This document shows positions 37,711 to 50,626 of a stretch of DNA of 64,000 nt, piece by piece (within the stretch, counting starts at the first letter, position 1; every line of letters starts with the position of its first letter). The translations under genes and the position numbers were made by a program. The notes under the pieces are model-generated. The model searched no databases. It had not been told where the DNA came from and worked only from the letters and a program-made list of their open reading frames with translations. Origin of the DNA: Mobula hypostoma (Eukaryota); contig NC_086108.1 of the NCBI RefSeq assembly GCF_963921235.1, forward strand, positions 106,208,001 to 106,272,000. The letters are read 5' to 3'.

Positions 37711-38921
37711 TCTCTGAAGCTTTTAATGTTTCTATGCATCAAATTACTGCACCAGATTCTGATTCAACTAGTCAGGATGCTTTGAACAGTACATCAGTAG
37801 AAAAGTGTTGGAGTGTTCTGTGGCAAGCCAACCCTCCTTTACTGCCTGAGAACTAAACAAGGGATGTGAGGAGGAGAATCTATTTCCACAGCAAGTTGCC
37901 ATATTCTGGAATACTCTGACTGAGAAAGCTGTGGAAACAAATTGAACAGTAGCTATAGAAACAGGGTTAATTGCATACATGCCATGAGCCAGTGCTGAAT
38001 AGCGGAGGTGGAGAGAGTCAGTAACTTTAAATTCCTTGCTGTTACCAGATCAAAGGATCTGAACTGGGACCAGCATGTAAGTGGCATCACAGGGAAGGCA
38101 TGACAGCACCTCAACTTTCTTAGAAGTTTGTGTAGATTAGGTTTGTCATGTAAGCGACTGAACCTGAAGCTTGGATGTTTTAAGTGCCAGGCCAGATTGA
38201 AAAGGTCAGGGTGTTGGGGCCCGAGGTGAGGGATGGACTGGTTCAGTTCACTGCTCTGCTCTGCGCTGATCTAACAGCCTGTGGACTGGTCAGTCTTTGT
38301 GAAATTCAGTTCAGAACTCTATTTGCTTGGATTTGTTGTCTGCATGATTTATTTTTTTCTCTTTACACATTGGGTGTTTAATGGTCTTTTTTAAAAGTTT
38401 TTTTTGGATCATTGTTTTGTGGCTGCCTGTTAGGAGATGGATCTCAAGGTTTATAACGTATACATGCTTTGATAATAAATGTACTTTGAACTTTGAACTT
38501 ATAGCTGCACATTGGAGACCATCCTGACTGGTTGCATCATGGAATGAAATCCTGATACTCAGGAGCGGAAAAGTCTATAAAATGTTGTGGATACAGCCCA
38601 GTCCTTCGCAGGCAAAGCCCTCTCCACCACTGGGCTCATTTACAAGGAGTGCTGCCACGAGAAAGCAGCATCAATCATCGATGACCCCAGCATCCAAGCC
38701 ATGCTCTCTTCTTGCTACCACCATCAGGACAAGGTACAGGAGCCTTAGGCTTCACACCACCAAGTTCAGGAACAGTTATCACCCTTCATCCATCAGGCTC
38801 ATGAATCAGCGTGGGTAAATTCACTCAATGCCACTCTGAATGGATTCCACAACCTACAGGTACATTTTCAAAGACTCTACAATTCATTGAGATGTATTAA
38901 CTTATTTTTATTTATTATTTG

Positions 38922-39578
38922 GTAGAAGAAATGAAAGAGTTGACTATTTTCTAAATGGAGAGAAAATAGAAAACCCTGATGTGCAAAGGGACTTGGGAGC
39001 CCTTGTGCAGGATTTCCTAAAGGTTAATTTGCAGGTTGAGTCTGTGGTGAGGAAGGCAAATGCAATGTTAGCAATTCATTTCAAGAGGACTAGGATATAA
39101 AAGCAAGGATGTAATGCTGAGATTTATTATAGAGCACTGGTGAGGCCTCGCTTGGAGTATTGTGAGCTGGTCTGTGCCCCTTACCTTAGAAATTGGCTGA
39201 CCTCATTAAAATCTATCGAATAGTGAAAGGCCTTGATAGAGAGGATGTTTCCTATGTTGGGAGTGTCTAAGATCAGAGGACACAGCCTCAGAATAGAGGG
39301 GTGCCCTTTTAGAACAGAGCTGAGGAGGAATTTCTTTAGCCAGAGAGTGGTGAATCTGTGGAATTCACTGTCATAGGCAGCTGTGGAAGTCAAGTCTTTA
39401 TGTACATTTAATGCAGAGATTGATAAATTCTTGATTGGTCAGGGCTTTAAGAGATATGGGAAGAAGGCAAGATATTGGGGCTGAGAAGAAAAATGGATCA
39501 GCCATGATGAAATGGCGGAGCAAAGTCGATGGGCCAAATGGCCTAATTCTGCTCCTATGTCTTATAGTCTTATGGTCT
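38922..39578 (+). mobile_element. CR1 3' fragment with internal deletion
   Basis: DYFLNGEK..QRDLG; jumps from the APYLRK-like segment to the DLI segment at ~39195; CR1 3' UTR. Confidence 0.8.
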
Positions 39579-40156
39579 ATTTGTCCTCCTTTGCATGTTG
39601 GATATTTGTCAGTCTTTGTTAAGGGGTATTGTTTTTCATAGACACTTTTGATACTTGGTTGTTTTCCCATAAATTCCTGCAAGAAAATGAATCTCAAGGT
39701 AGAATATGGTGACATAGACATGTTTTGATAATAAATTTACTTTGCGCTTTGAACCTTGATGTAACAGATATGAAGGGTGTTAGTTAAAAAGCAGAATGTG
39801 AGAAACACAGTAGGCAGTGCGTTTTGTGTCTGTGCACAACTACATATCAATTAAATAAAAGCATGCATGCAGGAGACGGCTTTAACTGGTGTATTAACAT
39901 TGCAGTGAGAGAAAGAGAGAGAGAGAGAACAATGCACATGCGTAGACAACAACATACGTTCAAACAACAGATCAAAACATAGTGCTGGGGGGTGGAATCA
40001 TTGCTCTAGAAGGAATAGATTCATACATCACAATATGTGTACAGCAAGGTCCCACAAAGATCAGCGTCTACAGCACTTCATTTTCGGAATTGTTCCTTTG
40101 TTTTGTGGCTGCCTGTTAGAAGATGAATTTCAAGGTTTCACGGTCTTGAGCGATAA

Positions 40157-40402
40157 AGGTGGCATGGTAGCATAATGTTATTACAATGCCAGCAACCCAG
40201 GTGCAATTCCCATCACTGTTCATAAGGAGTTTATATGTTCTCCCTGTGTCCACGTGGGTTTCCTTCAGGCGCTCTGGTTTCCACTCAAAGTCCAAAGACA
40301 TTCAGGTTGGTAGGTTGATTGCTCACATGGGTGTAATTAGGAAATGCAGGCTCATTGGGCCAGAAGGACCTGTTACCATGCTGTATCTCCAAATTTAAAT
40401 AA
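40157..40402 (+). mobile_element. V-domain tRNA SINE
   Basis: GGCATGGTAGCATAATG head; AAGGAGTTTATATGTTCTCCCTGTGTCCACGTGGGTTTCC core. Confidence 0.75.
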
Positions 40403-40811
40403 ACGTATTGACTAGTGCAGTAGATAAAGAAAGATGAAAGGAAATAAACTATCAAAGTTACTGTAGGATGACAAAAACATTAATAAGTAAAACTCAAAGG
40501 GAGATTAAAGTAATGTGAATAACAAATTGTGGTACAAGTTTTGGTCTAATTATGTTGCCTTTTTCAGATAGTTTTTGCTAGTTAAGAATTTGGTAGCTAC
40601 TTCAAAGTTCAAAGTAAGTTCATTATCAAAATACATATAGGTCACCATATGCAACCCTGAGATTGATTTTCTTGTGGGCAATCACAGTAAATCCAAGAAG
40701 TATAGTAGAATCAGTGAAAGACTGCGCCCAACAGGATGGACAGACAACCAATGTGCACAAGACATTAAACTGTGCAAATACAAAAGAAAAAAGAAATAAT
40801 AATAATAAAAC

Positions 40812-41381
40812 AGGCCCTCTGTTGGTCAGAGTTGACTATGGGTGACGCGTGCCAGCTGTCTATGTGTCATGCAAGCCAGGTTGGTACAATATGCAGAGCA
40901 GGCGGTCACCCCTGCAGCAGGCTCCCCCTCTCCATACAGCTGATGAATCCAAAGGAACGGCGGCGACTGATACAGGGTGGTACCAGTGGTACCACAGGAA
41001 TTGTCAGTCAATGTTGAACTCAGCATAGAACTGCCTTAGGAACTCCCGCTCCCGATTTTTCCTCAGGGTTTACTCCCGAAGCCTACCTCTTGAGTGGCTA
41101 TACCTGCAAAGCAGTGGAGGTTTGAGATCAGCGTTTTGTTTCTCCTAGATGAGCTACTCCTGACGAGCCCAATCTGCCTGATGTGACTGGTTTTAAGGAG
41201 CTAGTAATCTGCCTTTGCCCCTTCTCCTGTCAGTAGCAATGGTTCCGCCAGGCTTAGTAGCTAAGCTACATGTACAGGCCAGGAGCTGGACTTGGTTATC
41301 AGAGGCTATTTCAGGAGCGTTTACTAGGTAGTGGGAATATATCCCCATTACCACCCAAGGCTATGACAACCTTAAGGAACC
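40812..41381 (-). mobile_element. Complete non-autonomous RTE derivative (~570 bp) inserted in an (AAT)n tract
   Basis: Starts GGTTCCTTAAGGTTGTCATAGCC (cf. 9254) and ends CCCATAGTCAACTCTGACCAACAGAGGGCC (cf. the RTE 3' UTR at 18495-18522); AATAATAA on both flanks. Confidence 0.85.
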
Positions 41382-41594
41382 AATAATAAGAATAATACTA
41401 ACAATAATTAAATAAATAAACAATAAGCATAAAGAACATGAAATAAAGAGACCGTGAAAGTGAGTCCATAGGTTTATAGTTACTTGATTATGTTCCTTGA
41501 ATAGCAACCTAACAGAGTCAGACAAGGAATTTAAGGTCAGTGGAAACTATAAATCCGGAATAGATTAAAAAAAAAGGCTGTGATTACTAAATCC

Positions 41595-42635
41595 GTAAGT
41601 CATATGAGCAGAGTGAGTCCATTTGGCCCATCAAGTGCTACACTATTCCATCATGTCTGATTTATTATCCCTTCCAATCCCACTCTCCTACCGTCTCCAT
41701 GTAACCTTTGACACCCTTACTAATTAAGAATCTATGATTTAAATATCCCTAATGACTTGGCCTTCACAGCCATCTGTGGCAATGAATCCCACAGATTTGC
41801 CACCCTCTGGCTATAGAAATTTCTCCTATCTCAGTTCTAAAGGGACATCCCTCTATTCTGTGCCCTTCAGCCATATACTCCCCTGTTATTGGAAACATCT
41901 TTATATCCATTCAGTCTAGGCCTTTCAATATTTAATAGTTTTCAATGCGATCCCTTCTCATTCTTCTAAACTCCAGTATACACAAGCCTAGAACCGAGAG
42001 CCATCGAATGCTCCTCATAGTCATAGTCATAGTCATACTTTATTGATCCCGGGGGAAATTGGTTTTCATTACAGTTGCACCATAAATAATAAATAGTAAT
42101 AGAACCATAAATAGTTAAATAGTAGTATGTAAATTATGCCAATAAATTATGAAATAAGTCCAGGACCAGCCTATTGGCTCAGGGTGTCTGACCCTCCAAG
42201 GGAGCAGTTGTAAAGTTTGATGGCCACAGGCAGGAATGACTTCCTATGACGCTCTGTGCTGCATCACGGTGGAATGAGTCTCTGGCTGAATGTACTCCTG
42301 TGCCCACCCAGTACATTATGTAGTGGATGGGAGACACTGACCAGGATGGCATGCAACTTGGACAGCATCCTCTTTTCAGACACCACCGTCAGAGAGTCCA
42401 GTTCCATCCCCACAACATCACTGGCCTTATGAATGAGTTTGTTCATTCTGTTGGTGTCTGCTACCCTCAGCCTGCTGCCCCAGCACACAACAGCAAACAT
42501 GATCGCACTGGCCATCACAAACTCATAGAACATCCTCAGCATCGTCTGGCAGATGTTAAAGGACCTCAGTCTCCTCAGGAAATAGAGACGGCTCTGACCC
42601 TCATATATTAAAATATCCAGCACATCTTTTCTCAG
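41595..42635 (-). mobile_element. Old CR1 3' fragment interrupted by a Rex1-type insertion
   Basis: CAGCCATCTGTGGCAATGAATCCCACAGA.. and TTCTAAACTCCAG; resumes near 42606-42635. Confidence 0.7.
42020..42598 (-). mobile_element. Rex1/Babar-type 3' end, same family as 34780-35257, 7-bp TSD
   Basis: QSRLYFLRRLRSF...AVVCWG; TSD CCTCATA at 42013-42019 and 42599-42605. Confidence 0.9.
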
Positions 42636-42764
42636 ATAAGTGACACAAAACTGCTTGATTTTGCCTGCTCTAAGCGTGTGCCAGCATTTACTGAAAGTAC
42701 TCGTGTGGTCAAGCAGCATCTGGGGAGATAGAAAAAGAGGTAATATTTCTGGCCAAGGGTTATG

Positions 42765-43130
42765 GGCTGAAGATAGACCAAAGGAGGTGTAAGGTGCTCC
42801 TTCCCTTCGCCAGCCTGCAGGTCAGCCTTGGACAAGGTGTAGCACTTGCTTAGCTTCCTATTCAGGGGCTCGTGAAGCCATGGGAGTAGGTGGTGGATGG
42901 TCGTATGAGCAGCTGATGCTTATCGCAATTCCTGGTTATGTGACCACTGATACCAGGCAGACAATGTCTGAAGAGTATTGATCATGGCTGGGGTCACCTG
43001 TCTTGTGAAGACACTGCCCAGAAGAAGACAATGGAAAAACACTTCTGTAGAAAAATTTGCCAAGTACTATCCTGGTCAAAGACCATGATCACCTATGCCA
43101 TACAACATGGCACATAATAATGATGATAAT
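42765..43130 (+). mobile_element. SINE-like element with RTE-type tail (second family)
   Basis: CAAAGGAGGTGTAAGG...CACTTCTGTAGAAAAATTTGCCAAG...ATAATAATGATGAT; related copies at 43725-44457 (+) and ~45685-45960 (-). Confidence 0.7.
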
Positions 43131-43922
43131 TTCTGGGCAATAAAACATTTTTGGAATTCTGTAGCACAGGACATGTTATTCCTCATTCTACAACATCAAC
43201 AGATCTTCCTCCTTCTATATGGTAAAGTCCAAACAACATGTGATAGGAACAAAATGAAGTCGTTAAAAGCTACAGAAACTCTGCCCGTTACATCACAGGC
43301 ACATCCCACCCCAGCATTGTTACTATGTACATGAGGTGTTGTCCCAAGAAGACAAATTCTATTATCAAAGATGCCACCATCTGGGCTATGCCATCTTCTC
43401 ACAGCTACCATCAGGCTGGAGGTACAGAAGATTGAAGTCCCACACTGCCAGCTTCAAGAGCTGATACTTCCCTTCAACCATTCGGTTCTTGAACCAACTG
43501 GCACAACTCTCAGTACAGTAACACCATGAGCATATTGACCACTTTGAGTAAAATAGATTTAAATTTAGAACATAGAACAGTACAGCACAGTACAGGCCCT
43601 TCGGTCCACAATGCTGTGCGACATTTCAATTTAATCTAAGATCAATCTAATCTTCCCTCTTTCATAGCACTCCATGTTCTTCTATGAGACAATCTAAGAT
43701 TTTCTTAAATAGCCCTAATAGATCTAGGGTGGTACAGTGGAGATGCGTCTCTATCAAAGATGGTGTATCACAAGTCTTGGTTACGCGACTACTGATGCCA
43801 GGCAGACAATCTCTGAAGGGTATTGATCATGGCTGGGGTCACCCATCTTGTGAAGACACTGCCCAGGAGAAGACAATGGCACACCACTTCTGTGGAAAAC
43901 TTTGTCAAGAATAATTATGGTC

Positions 43923-44389
43923 TTTAAATGGAAGGATGCTGTTCCCCCTAATCATGTTCACTGGTTACGGGATGTTATGGCATGCCTAAATTTAGAAAAG
44001 ATTCATTGTTCAATTTCTGAATCTAACCAAGATTTTCAAAATTTGCAGGAGCCGTTTTTAAATTATTTTCATAATCTTTGACTTCTTGTTAAAGTACAGA
44101 AGTTGGTTAATAGCACATTTTATTATCTGATAAGTATTTTTTCTTTTTTTTTCCCAAACAGCTTCGACTTTGGTAGTGGGTGTAGATCTATTTTTTAATG
44201 AAATTGTTTATATTCTAATATACAAATTAATCTAATCTATATGAATATAAGAGTAAGGAGTTGGTTAATGTGATTCAATAAACTGTACCTGGTATTATTA
44301 TATTTTTTCTTTTGTTTTATTATATGTATTTTCTTGAACTCTGTATTCTTCTATATAGAAATCAATTTAAAAAATTGGAAAAGAAAAGA
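43923..44389 (+). mobile_element. L1/Tx1-clade LINE 3' end with 16-bp TSD, inserted in a SINE
   Basis: FKWKDAVPPNHVHWLRDVMACLNLEKI...PFLNYFHNL*; T-rich UTR, A-rich tail; AAGAATAATTATGGTC (43907-43922) / AAGAGTAATTATGGTC (44390-44405). Confidence 0.85.
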
Positions 44390-45063
44390 AAGAGTAATTA
44401 TGGTCAAGACCATGATCACCCACATCAAATGACACAGCCCATAATGATGCTGATGACTGTATCTGTCTTGACCACCATCCTTGGCAGGTTTCATGCATTC
44501 ACCTCTTTTTGTGTAAACATTCAGAGTACAATTATTATCGAATATGTATACTATATATAGCTTTGAGTTTTGTCTCCTTACAGGCAGCCACAAAACAAAG
44601 AAAACCCGATAGAACCCATTAAAAAAAGACGGTCGAACACCCAATCTGCAGAAAAAGAATCAAATGGTGCTAACAATAAAAAATAAGCAAATAAGATTCA
44701 GAAATGTAGTTCATGAAAGGGAGTGCACAGCCACTGACCTCTCACTACATTATCCTCTATTCAGTTTACAATTATGCCTCCTCACATTAGCATTTCCAAT
44801 AAAAGTCTCTGTCTCACAAATAAAACAAAATCTGCCGATGCTGGAAATCCAAGTAACACACACAAAATACTGGAGGATCTCAGCAGATCAGGCAGCATCT
44901 ATGGTAAAGAATTGTTTCAGGACAAGACCCTTCATCAAAGTCTCTGGCTAATCATTCAATCTATGCCTCATCATCTTGTACAACACTATCCTGTTTTTGC
45001 TCTAATTGTGTCAGTTCTTGTAAAATTATATAAAAATTTATGTTTAATTTATGATTTTCTTGC

Positions 45064-45609
45064 TGTAACACCCTGGGAAAGGTTTCACTGCTAACATAAT
45101 GGTCTTTCTGTAGAAGCAGTGTTTATGGTTTATGGTTAGAGATAATGGGTGCTTTGGAATGTGAACTGGGTCCTTTGTTCAGTCAGAAATGAAGAGAGAA
45201 GACACTGGAGAAAAGTGGTTGGAGGATTCAACCCAGTGGGGGACTGTGATTCGATAGAGCCAGTTGCTGAGATCAACTGAGGATCGGTGAATACGAACTT
45301 TGGGAAGAGTTGAGCTCCAACTTCTGCGCACTTGACTGTTTAATTATAAAGGGCCTTTTTTTTTCATTTTTTTTTCATTTCTTTACTAACCCTTTAGTTA
45401 AGTTAAGATTGATAAATGTAATTCCTTTAATCGCATGCAGTGTGCTGTCTGTTATTTTTGGCACTGAGTTGTAACAGCGTTATCAAATTACACAGCACCC
45501 ACACGAACCGGGGTTTGGAGTGGGAGAGCCGTCACAGTCTCACAGGTTTGGCGGGACTGGAGTGTGTATTCCCTAGATTTACACAGCCAAGGAAACCAGG
45601 GAGGTTTCA
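45064..45609. mobile_element. Probable solo LTR (Gypsy-like)
   Basis: TG...CA ends with imperfect inverted termini TGTAACACCCTGG / CCAGGGAGGTTTCA; 4-bp flanks TTGC / TTGT; interrupts a LINE tail. Confidence 0.7.
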
Positions 45610-46069
45610 TTGTGAATGTTGCTAATCTGATGCTATGCGTCCCTGGGGATGCTGCAAATTGGTTTTTCATTACACCTGTGCATACATGTACAGATTATTC
45701 ATTATGTGCCATGTCATATAATGTGGTCGATCATGGTGAGTTATCAATACCCCTCGGAGGTGGTCTGCCTGGTGTCCGTGGTCACTTAAACAGGACTGGT
45801 GATGTGCACCAGCCGCTCATATGACCATCCACCACCTGCTCTCATCACTTCACGTGACTCTGATCGGTGGACCAACCAAGTGCCACACCTGCAGGCTAGG
45901 AGAGGAAAGGAATGTCTTACACCTCCTTTGGTAGAGCCGTATCTCCACACTGCCACCCAATGCAAAAAGTACAGTACTTGTGCAGAAGACATCTTTGACT
46001 ATAACTTTAAAATGTCTCTTGTGATGATGTTTACTGATGCAAGATCATAGTTATCAAGTCCACCTCTTG

Positions 46070-46728
46070 CATTTTAGTAGAAGAAATAAAGGCATTGACT
46101 ATTTTCTAAATGGAGAGAAAATCCAAAATTCAGAGGCGGGAAGAAACTTGGGAGTCCTCGTGCAGGATTTATAAGGCACTGGTGAGGCCTCACTGAGTAT
46201 CGTGAGCAGTTTTGGGCCCCTTATCTTAGAAAGGATGTGCTGACACTGGAGAGGGTTCAACGGAAGTCATCAAAAATGATTCTGGGATTGAAAGGCTTGC
46301 CATATGCAGAGCACCTGAGGGATCTGGGCCTCACTGGAATTCAGAAGAATGAGGGGTGACCTCATTGAATCCTATCGAATGTTGAAAGGCCTTGATAGAG
46401 TGGATGTGGAGAGGATGTTACCTGTGGTGGGAGAGTCTAGGACCAGAGGACCAGCCTCAGACTAGAAGGGCGTCATTTTAGAATGGTGATGAGGAGGAAG
46501 TTCTTTTGCCAGAGAGTAATGAATCTGTGGAATCGGTTGCCACAGGTGGCAGTGGAGGCCAAGTCCTTACATATATTTAATGCAGGGTTGATCGTTTTTT
46601 GATTAGACAGGACATGAAGGAACACTGGGAGAAGGCAGGAGATTGGGGCTGAGAGAAGAAATGGATTAGCCATGATGAAATGTCAGAGCAGTGTTGATGG
46701 GCCAAATGGCTCCTATATCTTATGGTCT
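46070..46728 (+). mobile_element. CR1 3' fragment with internal deletions
   Basis: DYFLNGEKIQ, YKALVRPH, RRMRGDLIE; CR1 3' UTR. Confidence 0.85.
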
Positions 46729-47012
46729 AAACAATTTCCTACATTCTCTCTTCATAGGTACTTCCTGACTTGCAGAATATTTCTGCACTTTTTGTTGTAT
46801 TTTTAACCCAGTCCAGATGGGAGTTAAAAAAGTATTGGTTACAAGGAAATAGGAGAGGGAACTATGCTGGCTGGATTGCTCTGAGATCCAGGATAGTGGA
46901 TAATGGGGCAAATTTACTCTGATTTATAACAAAATATGAGATGTGACCATAATATTGATAGAAAAGGAGAGGGTGAGGAGAAAGCATTAACAAAATGATG
47001 GCAACTTTAGAT

Positions 47013-47113
47013 TATCCTGATTGACCTCTATAATTTCCAAAACACTCTACGCTCAATGAAATATCCTGATTGACCTCTATAATTTCCAAAACACTCTACG
47101 CTCAATGAAATAT
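47013..47113. repeat. Perfect 49-bp tandem duplication
   Basis: TATCCTGATTGACCTCTATAATTTCCAAAACACTCTACGCTCAATGAAA at 47013-47061 and 47062-47110. Confidence 0.97.
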
Positions 47114-47280
47114 TCTGAAATGTAGTCAATTACTTGAAGTGAAAATGTGGCAGCAATTTGCACACAGCAGGGTCCCAACAACAGCATTGAAAAAAAAAAT
47201 TAGATAATCTGTTTAAAGTCAGTTTAGAGATAAATACTGTTCAGAAACAGTCACTTTTTTTCAGAATTCTTTAAGTCACT
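47013..47280 (-). mobile_element. Ancient DeuSINE (SacSINE1-like) relic
   Basis: Minus strand TATTTATCTCT..AAACAGATTATCT..TGCTGTTGTTGGGACCCTGCTGTGTGCAAATTGCTGCCAC..TGACTACATTTC..TTCATTG matches the recalled Deu-domain SINE consensus. Confidence 0.6.
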
Positions 47281-47629
47281 CCAAGTACATATCCAAAGAA
47301 GTCATGGTTTATTTACAAGGCAGTGAACCAACTGTTTACATATTATTTGTCTCAGAGCACCTGGTACAAACCTGACTACATTGTTTTTATAAGCAGATAC
47401 ACCACACAACATCACTGTTGAATGGGACTGCATTATTAACAGAAAGGGCCATGCTCAAAAATACTTCAAATAATTGAAGTATCTGGTGGTGTGGGACTTT
47501 AGGCTTCTATACCTTCTGCCTGGAGGTAGCTGCAAGCAGATGGCATGGCCTGGATCGTGGGGATCTTTGATGATTGATGTTGCCTTCTTGAGGCAGTGCC
47601 TCATGTAGATACTCCTAAAGGTGGAGGAA

Positions 47630-48340
47630 CAGTGGGACCTTGCGTTCCATGTCTAGAAAGCCTTCAAAGTTGCTGCACAAATTGATAGAGTTGGCTAATA
47701 AGTTTAACCATCGTGCGTTGGACTTCATTAGTCAGGAGAATTAGTTCAAGAGCCCCAAGGTAATGGTGCAGCTCGATAAAATCCTGGTTAGACCACACAT
47801 GGAGTATTGTAGTCATTTCTAGTGGCTTCATTATTTCTGGCTGTGGAAGCTTTAGAGAGGGTGCAGAAAATATTTATCAAGGTGTTGCCTGGATTAGAAA
47901 GCCTGTCTTACAAGAATGGGTTGACTGAGCTCGGGATTTTCTCTTTGGAGTGAAGGAGGATCAGAGGTGACTTGATAGACTTGTATAAGATTATATGAGG
48001 CATAGATAGAGTGGACAGCCAGTGCTTTCATTTATTTTCTGAGGGCAGAGTGCATAATTTAAAGATGATTGGAGAGAAGTATAGGGGTGATATGTGAGTT
48101 AGAGTATTTTACACAGAGATTGGCAACTGCATGGAACATACTGCCAGGGGTGCTGGTAGAGACAGATACATTTGGATGGTTTAAGAAACTCTTTGATAAG
48201 CACATAGATGATAGAAAAATGCAGGGCTATGTGGGAGAAAAGGATTAGATCAATCAAATTAAAGTAGGTTAAAATGTTGACACAATATCTTGGTCCGAAG
48301 GGCTTGTACTGTGCTGTACTGTCCTAGTTTCTATCTTCTA
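47630..48340 (+). mobile_element. CR1 3' fragment, highly degraded
   Basis: LVRPH.EYC, LERVQK, RGDLI.LYKI coding signature. Confidence 0.8.
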
Positions 48341-48503
48341 ACTACTATCTCATTAAATATGCAGCCATCATTGTTAAGTTGTGAACATGGCTTTTGTCTC
48401 AACCCTTTCTATATATTCTGGTGTCAGTTATTACATTGCATTGTGTGAAAACCTAATGCCAAACTTACAACATTAAATGTCATGTAACTGCACAAAGAGC
48501 ACT

Positions 48504-48969
48504 TGCTACGCCACTCGCAGGCACTGATGGGTTAATCAGCAATGACTGGAGAATCACCACAACCACAGAGTCTGCTGCAGGGTCCGCACGTCACTGCAGA
48601 CAGGCTGTGCAGCAGATCTGGCAATTGCGCTTGTGAGTATGCGCATTCCAGCCAATTACTGTTTCATTATGGTGGTATTTAACTCCCTTCCTTTCACTGT
48701 AGTCTTGTCAAGACTGGAGCAAAGCACAGCAACGTTGCACTCCCTGCTTACCTTCGTCCTTCTCTGAGAAGGAGGACTACCGTTTCGACTGACGCTAGAA
48801 AGGAGCTGTACTCGTTTAGTATTTTGATGTTGCTTTCAGCTGCAGTGTTTGCTTTTTACTTTCTGTTTAAGAGTTTCAGTTGGCCTTGTGTTTATTGTTT
48901 TCCTTTCCCTTAAAATTCTGCAAAGTTCACATTAAAGTCTGAACTGTAGACCCATTTCAGAGTGTGTGT

Positions 48970-49005
<36 letters not shown>

Positions 49006-49035
49006 ACACTTGGGCCATATCCAAATGTTCTGACA
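48504..49035 (+). mobile_element. Possible solo LTR
   Basis: TGCTACG...TTCTGACA, with TATA-like TATTTAA, ATTAAA signal and (TG)(TC)n near the 3' end. No clean TSD (GCACT / GGAAT). Confidence 0.45.
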
Positions 49036-49189
49036 GGAATTGTCTAGAAGAGGGGGAGTGGTTGGTTTCCGTGCATGATATAAGACCGTAAGATGTTTGA
49101 GCAGAATTTGTCACAGTGTGCGCTGGCAATATCGGAACCCGAATGCGGTGGAAAAGACAGACTCGATGTGGAGACGATGATGAAAGTTT

Positions 49190-50231
49190 GTTCAGAATGG
49201 CAGTCAGTAACGAGTGCGTACGGCAAGGCTCAGTGCTGGGACCCCAGTTGTTTACAATATATATTAATGACTTGGATGAGGGAATTAAATGCAGCATCTC
49301 CAAGTTTGCGGACGACAAAGCTGGGCGGCAGTGTTAGCAGTGAGGAGGATGCTAAGAAGATGCAGGGTGACTTGGATAGGTTGGGTGAGTGGGCAAATTC
49401 ATAGCAGATGCAATTTAGTTTGGATAAATGTGAGGTTATCCACTTTGGTGGCAAGAACAGGAAAACAGATTATTATCTGAATTGTGGCCGATTAGGAAAA
49501 GGGGAGGTGCAACGAGACTTGGGTGTCATTATACACCAGTCATTGAAAGTGGGCATGCAGGTACAGCAGGCGGTGAAAAAGGTGAATGGTATGCTGGCAT
49601 TTATAGCGAGAGGATTCGAGTACAGGAGCAGGGAGGTACTACTGCAGTTGTACAAGGCCTTGGTGAGACCACACCTGGAATATTGTGTGCAGTTTTGGTC
49701 CCCTAATCTGAGGAAAGGCATTCGTGCCATACAGGGAGTACAAAGAAGGTTCACCAGATTGATTCCTGGGATGACAAGACTTTCATATGATGAAAGACTG
49801 GATTGACTAGGCTTATACTCGCTGGAATTTAGAAGATTGAGGGGTGATCTGATTGAAACGTATAAAATTCTAAAGGGATTGGACAGGCTAGATGCAGGAA
49901 GATTGTTCCCGATGTTGGGGAAGTCCAGAACGAGGGGTCACAGTTTGAGGATAAAGGGGAAGCCTTTTAGGACCGAGATGAGGAAAAACTTCTTCACACA
50001 GAGAGTGGTGAATCTGTGGAATTCTCTGCCACAGGAAACAGTTGAGGCCAGTTCATTGGCTATATTTAAGAGGGAGTTAGATATGGCCCTTGTGGCTAAA
50101 GGGATCAGGGTGTATGGAGGGAAGGCTGGTACACGGTTCTGAGTTGGATGATCAGCCATGATCGTACTGAATAGTGGTGCAGGTTCAAAGGGCCAAATGG
50201 CCTACTCCTGCACCTATTTTCTATGTTTCTA
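49190..50231 (+). mobile_element. Young CR1 3' end, related to 2521-4518
   Basis: QGSVLGPQLFTIYINDLDEGI, KFADD; ORFs 49408-49806 and 49837-50142; (TTTCTATG)n tail. Confidence 0.95.
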
Positions 50232-50626
50232 TAATTCCAAAAGAACATCGGTAACTGAGTGACACCACGAGAAGTAACATTCTCAAAACTTGCACCCTGG
50301 GATTAGCGCTAATCAGGAAACCATTTAAATAATACAAGTAACACAGAATCCTTGAGTCTATCAAAATAAACTTAAAAAGTTTGAGCAGAAAGCACCAGGA
50401 GACCACATTACAAAGAGTGAGTCACTCGAGAGAAACACAAGGAACCCTAAATGATTAACAACTGTCATTAAACAACAATAATCCCATTCAGGTGCCCTAA
50501 AATCCTCAGAGCCCAACACTCTCTATCGCTCCACACAGCTTGAAAAACTCATTACAAAATTAGGCCATTCAGTCCATTGAGTCTGCTCCGCTATAGCACC
50601 ATGGCTGATTTATTATCTCACTCAAC

